Assembly (NCBI GenBank): GCA_024695415.1
Contig: JAILIE010000142.1
Span: 4,847-68,846, forward strand
Source of the DNA: Clostridiales bacterium
GTDB taxonomy: Bacteria > Bacillota > Clostridia > Christensenellales > Aristaeellaceae
Length of the DNA: 64,000 nucleotides
Direction of reading: 5' to 3'
The notes beneath the pieces were generated by a model. That model saw only the letters and a program-made list of their open reading frames with translations, was not told the DNA's origin and searched no databases. The translations under genes and the position numbers were made by a program. Shown here piece after piece: positions 1-8,735 of this stretch (position 1 is its first letter; each line of letters opens with the position of its first letter).

Positions 1-594
1 GCACAGCCGGGCAAAATCCGGCAGCGTCAGGTCCGCGCTTTTGCTCATCAGGCCGTAGCCGAGCCGCGCGCCGTCGACGAACAGCAGGATGCCGTATTCC
101 CGGCAGATTCCGGAGATTTCCTCCAGTTCCGCCTTCGTGTAGAGGGTACCGTATTCCGTCGGCCAGGACAGGTATACCATGCCCGGGAAAACCATGTGCT
201 CATGGTTTTCATCCGCGAAGAAGCCCGAGAGATAGCGGCGCAGCGTATCCGGAAGGATCCTGCCGTTCTCCTGCGGAAGCTCCAGCACCTCATGCCCGGA
301 ATATTCAATGGCTCCGGCCTCATGCGCGCTGATATGCCCGGTTTTCGCCGCGATCACGCCCTCATAGTCCGCCAGCATGGTGGAGATGATCACGGAATTG
401 GCCTGCGTCCCGCCGGTCAGGAATTCCACATCACCGTGCTCCAGACCGCATGCCCGCAGGATCTTTTCCTTCGCGCGGGCACAGTACGGATCCGTTCCAT
501 AGCCGGGAAGAGTCTCCAGGTTCGTTTCGCTGAGCCTCCGGATAATTTCCGGATGCGCTCCGGCAATATAGTCGCTTTCGAATGATACAGGCAT
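1..594 (-). CDS. ltaE: Low-specificity L-threonine aldolase family (PLP-dependent), 3' end runs off the window
   Basis: Hand translation from ATG at 594: MPVSFESDYIAGAHPE...GYGTDPY...LTGGTQAN...GHISAHEAGAIE...VDGARLGY. GAAAGGAG RBS upstream. Missing from the ORF track because it has no stop in the window. Confidence 0.85.
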   Translation of the reverse strand, partial: MPVSFESDYIAGAHPEIIRRLSETNLETLPGYGTDPYCARAKEKILRACGLEHGDVEFLTGGTQANSVIISTMLADYEGVIAAKTGHISAHEAGAIEYSGHEVLELPQENGRILPDTLRRYLSGFFADENHEHMVFPGMVYLSWPTEYGTLYTKAELEEISGICREYGILLFVDGARLGYGLMSKSADLTLPDFARLC

Positions 595-789
595 CACAGA
601 ATCTCCTTTCGCGCCGCGCCGGCAGTTCCGCCCGCACGGGGGAAACCGGAAGCGGCAAATAAACATTCCACGCGGCCAAGGCTGAATCCTGTAAGGGTCC
701 TCCCGGCCATTGCTTTTTTGCTGTCTTCCCGGTATCATATGGAGGACGGAGATACGAGCCGGGTTAACCGGAACAGCATGGGAGACAGC

Positions 790-1452
790 ATGAAAAAGCG
801 TGCATGGGCAGCCGCGGCCGCGGCGCTGGTGATCCTTCTCTGCCGCGCGCCGGCGGCGCGGGCGGGCGGCCAGCTGCCTCTGGATATCCGCGCGCAGTTC
901 GGGGCCATTGAAATCGTGGATACCGCGCAATGGGACGGAAACGGAAGCACCTGGTTCGTCCTGGTCCGGACACCGGACCACGTGAACCGGCTCCTTTGCT
1001 ATACCCTGGAAAACGGCGCGTGGACCCAGCAGTTCCAGACCGCCGCGGCCCTGCCGCAGGGAGATGGCCGGGTACGGATCGTAATCACGGACCGGTCGCA
1101 GGACTTCACGCTGAACCGCGTGACCGGGGGGCCGATCCTGCTGATTATGCAGTACGGGACCGGCGAGTACGAATCATCCGTTATACAGCACCATGCCTTT
1201 GCCCGGTCCGAAAACGGGGAATGGCTGCTGTTCAGCGCGTTTTTCACGGAGGAACAATGGAGCGTCGCCATTGATGAGAACGAGGTCATCTACCACAAAC
1301 CGGTGGACCGGGACCAGAATGAGTTCCACACGGTGCCGGTCCGCCTGGAACGGAATCTGCGGCATGCCGACCTCACGGCTGTCCCGCGGACCCCGGAGGC
1401 GGCGGAAGCGAAGATCCCTGAAGAGCCTGCCGGAACAGGATCCGGCCAATAA
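790..1452 (+). CDS. Secreted hypothetical protein, paralogous to the N-terminal domain of 37772..39319
   Basis: GGAGA RBS then MKKRAWAAAAAALVILLCRAPAARA signal peptide. Shared motifs TWFVL, QFxT and RxLR with the 37.8 kb protein. Confidence 0.7.
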   Translation: MKKRAWAAAAAALVILLCRAPAARAGGQLPLDIRAQFGAIEIVDTAQWDGNGSTWFVLVRTPDHVNRLLCYTLENGAWTQQFQTAAALPQGDGRVRIVITDRSQDFTLNRVTGGPILLIMQYGTGEYESSVIQHHAFARSENGEWLLFSAFFTEEQWSVAIDENEVIYHKPVDRDQNEFHTVPVRLERNLRHADLTAVPRTPEAAEAKIPEEPAGTGSGQ

Positions 1453-2562
1453 TCACGGAATATCCACGACCACGGACGCGCCGTCCGTTTCTGTCCACTC
1501 CCCGGGATCCCGGCCGGTGGATTTTTTCATTTTCTCCAGGACGCGTTGCGCGTCCCGTCCGGTCAGGAAGCAGGGGGAATAGTTATTGTAATGGCTGTCG
1601 CTGGTGATCGAAATGGGGAAGAAACGCAGGGTGATCCGGACCAGCCGGCCTTCCGTGAAGGACAGGACGGCCTGGACGGCCAGCGCGTCGGAATCCTTCG
1701 CGTGGGTGGTGCCGCCGAAGGAGCAGTTGCCCAGGGAATAGACCACCGGGACACCGTCCAGGATATCATAGCCCTGCACCACATGCGGATGGTGGCCGAT
1801 GACCAGGGCAGAACCGCATTCCATGGCGCGGGAGACGATCTGGCGCTGGTAGCTGTCCGGCGCGGAATATGAGTATTCTGTTCCGGCGTGCATGACGGTG
1901 ACGACGGCCGCGCACCCCAGTTCCTTGAGGTAATTCATCTGGCGGGTATACTGCCTGTACCGTTCGCCGGTCAGGGAATAGCTGACGCCGATAAAGCCGA
2001 TCATCACTCCGTCGCCGCTCCGCCAGACCGCCGGGGCGTCTGTGCCAAACCAGCAGACGCCGGATGCTTCCAGTGCCGCTTTGGTATCCGCGTAGCCTTC
2101 CTCGCCGTAATCATGGGAGTGGTTATTGGCCAGGGTGACGCAGTCCGCGCCCGCGGAGGTCAGGATCTCCGTATAGGCGGTCGGCCCGCTGAAGTTATAT
2201 TCCTTTTCGACCCTCTTCAGGGACCGGTCGGTGAGTACGCATTCCAGGTTCGCCACGGTGAGATCGTCATAAAGGGTCAGGCGGCTCATCTCCCGCAGCG
2301 GAAAGTCCAGGCCGTTTTCCTCCACCCGTTTCCGGAAACCCAGTTTCGAGTTCCGGCTTTTTTCCTCGCCGCCCAGCGTGCAGTCCCCCAGGAAAGTCAT
2401 GGTGATATCACCGGTATAGTCGTCATCGCAGAGCACGACGTCATCCGGAACAGCGCTGTCTGTCAGCGTCATCCACGTGCCGGAGGCGGATACGGCGGAA
2501 GGGAGAAAGACGGAAACCGCCAGCAGGACAAGAGCGTGCCGGATCCGGGCTGAGAGCGTCAT
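1453..2562 (-). CDS. CapA/PgsA-family metallophosphoesterase (poly-gamma-glutamate synthesis protein family), exported
   Basis: Motifs FLGDCTLG, ANLE, TLANNHSHDYG, MHAGTE, GHHPHVVQ, YSLGN. Start moved to ATG at 2562 (GGAGG RBS, signal peptide follows). Confidence 0.85.
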   Translation of the reverse strand: MTLSARIRHALVLLAVSVFLPSAVSASGTWMTLTDSAVPDDVVLCDDDYTGDITMTFLGDCTLGGEEKSRNSKLGFRKRVEENGLDFPLREMSRLTLYDDLTVANLECVLTDRSLKRVEKEYNFSGPTAYTEILTSAGADCVTLANNHSHDYGEEGYADTKAALEASGVCWFGTDAPAVWRSGDGVMIGFIGVSYSLTGERYRQYTRQMNYLKELGCAAVVTVMHAGTEYSYSAPDSYQRQIVSRAMECGSALVIGHHPHVVQGYDILDGVPVVYSLGNCSFGGTTHAKDSDALAVQAVLSFTEGRLVRITLRFFPISITSDSHYNNYSPCFLTGRDAQRVLEKMKKSTGRDPGEWTETDGASVVVDIP

Positions 2563-2782
2563 AATCGGCCTCCGTTCAGAATCGGTGAAAAGTCGGGCTG
2601 CCGGGGATAAGCCCGCGGAAATGATAGCAGAAATGGCGGCGGATGAAAAGAAAAACCGGAGAGCGCCTGAAACAGCCCGGAGAATTATGTAGGAAATCTT
2701 TTCCAATCCGGGGAAAGGTGATATACTATATTATTATCGACGGAAGTAAACAGCATAGACAGGGCATTGGCAGGGAGGAACC

Positions 2783-3930
2783 ATGCAGCTGGATTATTTC
2801 TTCTTTTACACGGAAGCGAATACTGTCTGTATCGTGATTCTGGCGATTTTACTGATACATGACCGGTTTCACAGCACCCGGCAGGAAAAGCAGATCTGGT
2901 TCAATTGGGCGCTCGTCGCGCACATCCTGTATTTCATTTCGGATATCGGATGGGCAGCGGTCATCAGCGGGCAGCTTCCGCGGACGCGGGGACTGGTGAT
3001 CCTGCTCAACTTCCAGAACTATGTCCTGCTGAGCCTGATGGCCTACGAATGGTTCATGTACATGGCGGCGTCCGAAGGAATGGGCATGGATAACTTCCGG
3101 AAGTTCCGGATTCATTGCCTGACGCCGATGGCAGTCTCGCTGGCCGCCATGATCATCGCGTATGTCTGCGCGCCGACATTCTGGGTATCGGAAGAGGGTG
3201 TGCTGAACGACTGGTATTATCCGATGATGATTTCCGCGCCGGCCCTGTACCTGACCTCCTCGTTCATCATTTCCCTGCGCAACGCGCGAAGGACCGAATC
3301 GCGGGATGAAAAGAAGCTGTACCGGCTGATCGGGATCTATCCGATGGGGGTCATGGCGTTCGGCATGGTGCAGACGTTCGCCCTGAACGCGCCGCTGTTC
3401 TGCTTTGGATGTACCACCATGATGATGTTCTTCTATATCCAGAACATGCAGGCGCTGGTCAGTGTGGATTCCCTGACGCGGCTGAACAACCGCGGGCAGA
3501 TCAACCGGTACATGGACGGGACAAAGTACCGGGAGAATATGAAGATCTACACCATGATGATCGACGTCGACCGGTTCAAGGAGATCAACGACACCTGGGG
3601 GCACGCGGAGGGGGATAAGGCGCTGATCCTAGTTTCCGACGTGCTGAAGCAGGCGGCGGAGAAGATCAGGAGCCCGGTGTTTATCGGGCGGTACGGCGGG
3701 GACGAGTTTACGGTGTTCATCCAGTGTCCGGAGGGAGAGGAGATTCCGGAACAGATGATCCGCGATATCCGGGAAATGCTGGAGGAGAGGCAGAAGGAAA
3801 TCGGGCTGCCCTATGACCTGAAGGTCAGTGTCGGATACGACGCGCTGAGGGACCGGGAGGACACGATGGAAGCCTGCATGGAGCGGCGGACGGGAAGCTG
3901 TACGAGGACAAAAAGGGCAAGGGAAGATAA
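2783..3930 (+). CDS. Membrane-bound diguanylate cyclase (multi-TM + GGDEF); native stop probably at 3930, bypassed by a 1-nt frameshift near 3886
   Basis: About 7 TM segments, DSLTRLNNR, DVDRFKEINDTWGH, RYGGDEF. Restoring one G gives the canonical C-terminus ERADGKLYEDKKGKGR*. Confidence 0.75.
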
Positions 3931-3997
3931 AGGGATAATCCTTCGGGAGAAATACGCAGCTTTTGATGCTTTTGCAAGAAGGAGTCTAAGAACTAAG

Positions 3998-6898
3998 ATG
4001 AACAGGATCCTTCGATACGGGTGCCTGGTGATCTGTCTGGTGCTGGCGGCGGCCCTGCTGCTGCCGCCGGGAGGGGCGGAGGCAGAGGCGAAGGTGGTAC
4101 GCGTCGGATGGTATGAGTCCGCCTTCAACAAGACGAGCGACGAAGGCGTGCGGAGCGGTTACGCATACGAATACCAGATGAAAATCGCGGCCTATACCGG
4201 GTGGAAGTATGAATACGTTTCCGGGAGCTGGCCGGAACTGCTGCAGATGCTGATGCGCGGCGAGATCGACCTGATGAGCGATGTGAGCTACACGGCCGAG
4301 CGTGCGCAGAGCATGCTGTTTCCCTCCCTGCCGATGGGCGAGGAGGAATATTACCTTTTCGTTTCCCGCGAGAACACGGACATCTCCGCCCTGAATTATT
4401 CCACGCTGAACGGAAAGAAGATCGGCGTGAACCAGGGGAGCATCCAGGCGGAGTTCTACCGCGAATGGGCGGAAACGCACGGCGTGGAGAGCGAGATCCG
4501 GGAGGTTACCGGCTCCGAGGAGGAGAGCCTGGAGATGCTCGAAAACGGAGAGCTGGACGGGTACGTCACGGTGGACGCGTTCAACACGGACAACCGGCCG
4601 GTACCGGTGTGCAAGATCGGGGCGTCGGATTTCTTCTTCGCGGTGAGCAAGGACAAGAGCGACCTGCTGGCTGAGCTGGACGCGGCCCTGAACCGGATCC
4701 GGGAGGAGGACTGGGACTATAACCAGCAGCTTTTCCGGAAGCACCTGACGACCAGCGGCGCGAACGCGTTCCTGACCGCGGATGAGAAAGCATGGCTCGA
4801 GGAACACGGAACAATCCGCATCGGGTACCAGAACGACTACCTGGCGTTCTGCGCGGAAGACCCGGAAACAGGCGAACTGACCGGCGCGCTCCGGGATTAC
4901 CTGGAAAGCGCGGAAAACTGCGTGGCGAACGCGCGGCTGAGCTTTGAAGCCAAATCCTATCCCACCGCGGCGGACGCCATCGAGGCGCTGAAGCGGGGCG
5001 AGGTAGACTGCGTATTCCCGGCGAACCTGAGTGCCGGGGACGGCGAGGAAATGGGCCTGTTCATGACACCGGCCCTGATGAACACGGACGTGTTCGCGGT
5101 AGTGCGGCAGGCGGACCGGCAGATGTTCGCGGACCGGGAGCATGTGATCGCCGCGGTGAACCGGGGCAACCCGAACTACGAGAGCTGCCTGCGGGACAAT
5201 TTTCCGGAATGGCGGACGGTTATCTATCAAACGACGGACGACTGCCTGAAGGCGGTGGCCCGGGGCGTGGCGGACTGCGTGCTGATCAGCAGCTACCGGT
5301 TCAACAATATCGCCCGGACATGCGAGAAACTGAAGCTGTCCACCGTAACCACCGGCGCGCAGCTGGAATACTGCTTCGCGGTGGCGGAGGGCCAGCCGGT
5401 CCTTTACTCCATCCTGGCGAAAGTGGCGGACCTGGTGCCGGACAGCACGGTCAACACGGCGCTTTCCCGCTACGTGGCGGAGGACGCGAAAACGACGCTG
5501 CGCGACTTCCTGTCGGAAAACATCTGGACAGTGCTGACCATCGCGGGGGTGACGCTGCTGGCTATCCTGGCGCTGATGCTGCGCAGTATACGGGCCCAGA
5601 GGAAGGCGGCCAGGCTGATTTCCGCGACGGAGACGGACGAGCTGACCGGACTGTACAACCGCGACTACTTCATGGAATATGCCGGACGGATGTGCCGGGA
5701 ACAGCCTGATTCGCCGCCGGACGCGATCGTAATGAACATCGACCGCTTCCACAGCGTGAACGCGCTGAACGGGCGGGAATTCGGCGACCAGGTGCTGCGG
5801 ACGCTGGGAAGCGAGATCCGTGCCGTCGCGAAGGCGCACGGAGGCATTGCCGGACGCTTCGGAGCGGACCGGTTCGACATCTGCTGCCGGCATACGGACG
5901 ACTACCGCGGGATCTATGAGCGGCTGCAGGCAGCACTGGAAGGACTGGCGCCGGCGGCGGGGCTGCGCGTGCGCATGGGTGTGATGCCCGGGCAGGCGGG
6001 ACTGGAACCGGAACAATTGTTTGACCGGGCACGGACCGCCTGCGGAATGGCGAAGAACAGCTACCAGGAGGAGCTGGTGGTGTTTGACGCGAAAATGCAG
6101 GAAAGGGAGAATTACGAGCAGCGGCTGCTGGGCGACCTGCACCGGGCACTGAACTCCTATGAATTCGAGGTGTATTACCAGCCGCAGTACAATATCCAGG
6201 CGGAGCCGCCGAAGCTGGTCAGCGCGGAAGCGCTGGTCCGGTGGAACCATCCGGAGCTCGGGATGATTCCGCCGAACGACTTCATCCCGCTGTTCGAGCG
6301 GAGCGGAAAGATCGCGGAGGTCGACCGCTATGTCTGGAGCGAGGCGGTGAAACAGGTCGCCCGCTGGCGCGAGGATTACGGGATCATGCTGCCTGTATCG
6401 GTGAACCTTTCCCGGGTAGACGTGTTCGATCCGGAACTGGAGGGAACACTGGACCGCGTACTGGCGTACAACAGACTGGAGCGCGGCGCGCTGAAGCTGG
6501 AAGTCACCGAGAGCGCCTATACCGGGAACGCCGACCAGGTAATCGAGGTTGTGAAGAACCTGCGGAGCCGGGGCTTCGAGGTGGAGATGGACGACTTCGG
6601 CACCGGGTATTCGTCGCTGAATATGCTCAGCGCGATGCCGGTCGATGTACTGAAGATGGACCGCGGGTTCATCATGAACCTGGAGGACAACGAAAAGAAC
6701 GCCCAGCTGGTGAGCCTGATCCTCGGGATCGCGAAAAGCCTGAAGATCCCGGTGGTGGCCGAAGGCGTGGAGACGGAGGAACAGCTGCTTTTGCTGAAGC
6801 GGCTGGGCTGCGAGCTGGTACAGGGATATTATTTCTCGAAGCCGCTGCCGGCGCGGGAGTTTGAGGAAAAGGTGCTCCGCGTGACGTACGGAAAGTGA
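3998..6898 (+). CDS. Tandem periplasmic-binding (SBP_bac_3-like) sensor + degenerate GGDEF + EAL phosphodiesterase
   Basis: Own RBS (AAGGAG, 3979-3984) and signal peptide MNRILRYGCLVICLVLAAALLL. One TM, degenerate RFGADRF, and intact EAL motifs SAEALVRW, DDFGTGYSS, VAEGVE, QGYYFSKP. Confidence 0.85.
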   Translation: MNRILRYGCLVICLVLAAALLLPPGGAEAEAKVVRVGWYESAFNKTSDEGVRSGYAYEYQMKIAAYTGWKYEYVSGSWPELLQMLMRGEIDLMSDVSYTAERAQSMLFPSLPMGEEEYYLFVSRENTDISALNYSTLNGKKIGVNQGSIQAEFYREWAETHGVESEIREVTGSEEESLEMLENGELDGYVTVDAFNTDNRPVPVCKIGASDFFFAVSKDKSDLLAELDAALNRIREEDWDYNQQLFRKHLTTSGANAFLTADEKAWLEEHGTIRIGYQNDYLAFCAEDPETGELTGALRDYLESAENCVANARLSFEAKSYPTAADAIEALKRGEVDCVFPANLSAGDGEEMGLFMTPALMNTDVFAVVRQADRQMFADREHVIAAVNRGNPNYESCLRDNFPEWRTVIYQTTDDCLKAVARGVADCVLISSYRFNNIARTCEKLKLSTVTTGAQLEYCFAVAEGQPVLYSILAKVADLVPDSTVNTALSRYVAEDAKTTLRDFLSENIWTVLTIAGVTLLAILALMLRSIRAQRKAARLISATETDELTGLYNRDYFMEYAGRMCREQPDSPPDAIVMNIDRFHSVNALNGREFGDQVLRTLGSEIRAVAKAHGGIAGRFGADRFDICCRHTDDYRGIYERLQAALEGLAPAAGLRVRMGVMPGQAGLEPEQLFDRARTACGMAKNSYQEELVVFDAKMQERENYEQRLLGDLHRALNSYEFEVYYQPQYNIQAEPPKLVSAEALVRWNHPELGMIPPNDFIPLFERSGKIAEVDRYVWSEAVKQVARWREDYGIMLPVSVNLSRVDVFDPELEGTLDRVLAYNRLERGALKLEVTESAYTGNADQVIEVVKNLRSRGFEVEMDDFGTGYSSLNMLSAMPVDVLKMDRGFIMNLEDNEKNAQLVSLILGIAKSLKIPVVAEGVETEEQLLLLKRLGCELVQGYYFSKPLPAREFEEKVLRVTYGK

Positions 6899-6935
6899 GA
6901 AGACGGAAGATACCGACAGGGAAAGGTGAGGACGT

Positions 6936-8555
6936 ATGCACTCATTGAGATCCAGAATCACGACGCTGACGATCTGCATTACCGTGGTGGCTGTGTTCGT
7001 GGTATCGCTTCTGAGCGTAATGTTCATCAAAAACACGGAGCGGAGGAAGTCGGACCAGCTGCTGCTGCTTCTGTGCGAGACGGGGGAGCGGAACCTGAAT
7101 TACTATTTCAACAGCGTCGAGAAATCCGTGAAAAAGGTGGCGGCCTTCGCCCAGAAGGACCTGGACGGGCTGGATGACGAAAAGCTGGATGCCCACACCG
7201 AGCGTACGCGGGTGTATTTCGAGGAAATCGCGAACAAGACGAACGGCGTACTGACGTACTATTACCGGATCGATCCGACGGTATCCGGGAAGGTGAAGGG
7301 ATTCTGGTATACCAACCTGGACGGGAACGACTTCCGGGAGCATGACGTGACGGATATTACGCAGTATGACGTGGAGGATACGTCGAAGCTGGTCTGGTTT
7401 ACGGTCCCGAAGAACCTGGGGAAAGCGATCTGGCTGCCGCCGTACAATACGGAAAACCTGGATGTGACTGTCATTTCCTACAACCTTCCGATCACATGGA
7501 GGGGACAGTTTGTCGGCGTGATCGGTATTGAAATTGACTATTCCGTGATGAAGGAACAGGTGGAGAGCATCGGCCTGTACAACAACGGCTACGCCTTCCT
7601 GACCGACGCGGAGGGGAACCTGATTTTCCACCCCCGGATCGACCTGGCTGAAACACCGGAGGAGGACCGGCCGGCAGCGCCGGACGGGCTCATGAGCGAA
7701 AGCACATTAACCGGTTATGAGTTCGGCGGTGTGAAGAAGGAAGCCGTATGGCTGAAACTGAGCAACGGAATGCGCCTGTATGTATCCGTGCCGGAGAAAG
7801 AGACGGAGGGCGACTGGGAACGGCTGATCCAGGAAATCCTGGTCGCCGGCGGCGCGGTGCTGGTGCTGGCGGTGATCATGACGCATCTCTTCTCCATCAA
7901 GCTGACGAAACCACTGAAGGAACTGACCGAGGCGGCGAAGATGGCAGATCAGGGGAACTATGATTTCACGCTTGACTATGAGGGAAAGGACGAGGTCGGA
8001 ACACTGACCAATACCTTCCGCAAGATGGCCGTACACGTCAAGGAACATATCAGCGACCTGAACAAGCGGGTCTATGTCGACTCCCTGACCTCCGTGCGGA
8101 ACAAGGGCGGATTCTCGGCGTATATCGACGAGATGCAGAAGGCCATGGACGAGGCGCCGGAGAAGATGGAATTCGCGATCGGCGTATTCGACTGCGACGA
8201 CCTGAAGGCCGTAAACGACCAGTACGGGCACGACAAGGGCGACCTGTACCTGAAGACCGCGAGCCGGCTGATCTGCAAGGTGTTCCAGCACAGTCCGGTG
8301 TTCCGGATCGGCGGGGACGAGTTCGCGATCGTGCTGCAGGGCGACGATTTCCGGAACCGGCAGGAGCTGGTGGAACTGTTTGAACGGCGGACGGAGGAGA
8401 TTAACCGGGAAGCGACATGCGCGTGGGAAAAGGTGCAGGTTTCGATGGGTATTTCCGTGTACGACCCGGAAAACGACCATAGTGTGATCGATATCGTGCG
8501 GAAAGCGGACAGGGAAATGTATTCGAACAAGAGAAAGCACAAGACCGAAGGGTAA
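6936..8555 (+). CDS. Cache-HAMP-GGDEF diguanylate cyclase
   Basis: N-terminal TM, Cache-like WF...W.PPY segment, second TM, HAMP (KPLKEL...DEVGTL), DSLTSVRNK, RIGGDEF. Confidence 0.9.
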   Translation: MHSLRSRITTLTICITVVAVFVVSLLSVMFIKNTERRKSDQLLLLLCETGERNLNYYFNSVEKSVKKVAAFAQKDLDGLDDEKLDAHTERTRVYFEEIANKTNGVLTYYYRIDPTVSGKVKGFWYTNLDGNDFREHDVTDITQYDVEDTSKLVWFTVPKNLGKAIWLPPYNTENLDVTVISYNLPITWRGQFVGVIGIEIDYSVMKEQVESIGLYNNGYAFLTDAEGNLIFHPRIDLAETPEEDRPAAPDGLMSESTLTGYEFGGVKKEAVWLKLSNGMRLYVSVPEKETEGDWERLIQEILVAGGAVLVLAVIMTHLFSIKLTKPLKELTEAAKMADQGNYDFTLDYEGKDEVGTLTNTFRKMAVHVKEHISDLNKRVYVDSLTSVRNKGGFSAYIDEMQKAMDEAPEKMEFAIGVFDCDDLKAVNDQYGHDKGDLYLKTASRLICKVFQHSPVFRIGGDEFAIVLQGDDFRNRQELVELFERRTEEINREATCAWEKVQVSMGISVYDPENDHSVIDIVRKADREMYSNKRKHKTEG

Positions 8556-8687
8556 ACAGCGGCACGGGAGCAGATGGTGGTGGGGCCGCGCCCCACGGCC
8601 CGGCCCGGGAGCCGGATGGGTACTTTCATACGCGGTTGGGTATCAGCACACAGGTACAGGTACGATAAAACTGAAAAGGGCAATAAA

Positions 8688-8722
8688 ACAAACGTCCGGA
8701 AGAAGCAACTCCGGACGCTTTG
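8688..8722. terminator. Probable bidirectional intrinsic terminator
   Basis: Stem CGTCCGGA/TCCGGACG flanked by A- and T-rich tracts, between convergent genes. Confidence 0.6.
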
Positions 8723-8735
8723 CGCTGTGTATGTT

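Noticed and set aside
1453-2562. Poly-gamma-glutamate capsule locus
   Set aside because: No capB/capC neighbours. Stand-alone CapA-family proteins are common.
2783-6898. Single 1371-aa dual-GGDEF/EAL protein as a novel architecture
   Set aside because: Better explained as two genes joined by a frameshift, given the internal RBS, signal peptide and displaced GGDEF C-terminal helix.
3986-7036. Very long antisense ORFs (also 8574..10328, 18019..20721, 26887..29016, 32406..34658, 44975..47281, 48269..50521 and others)
   Set aside because: Shadow frames of GC3-biased genes. They have no recognisable motifs and lie opposite well-supported CDSs.
8580-8596. Short palindrome GTGGGGC-CGC-GCCCCAC as a mobile element end
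   Set aside because: Single short copy with no partner end or transposase in the window.
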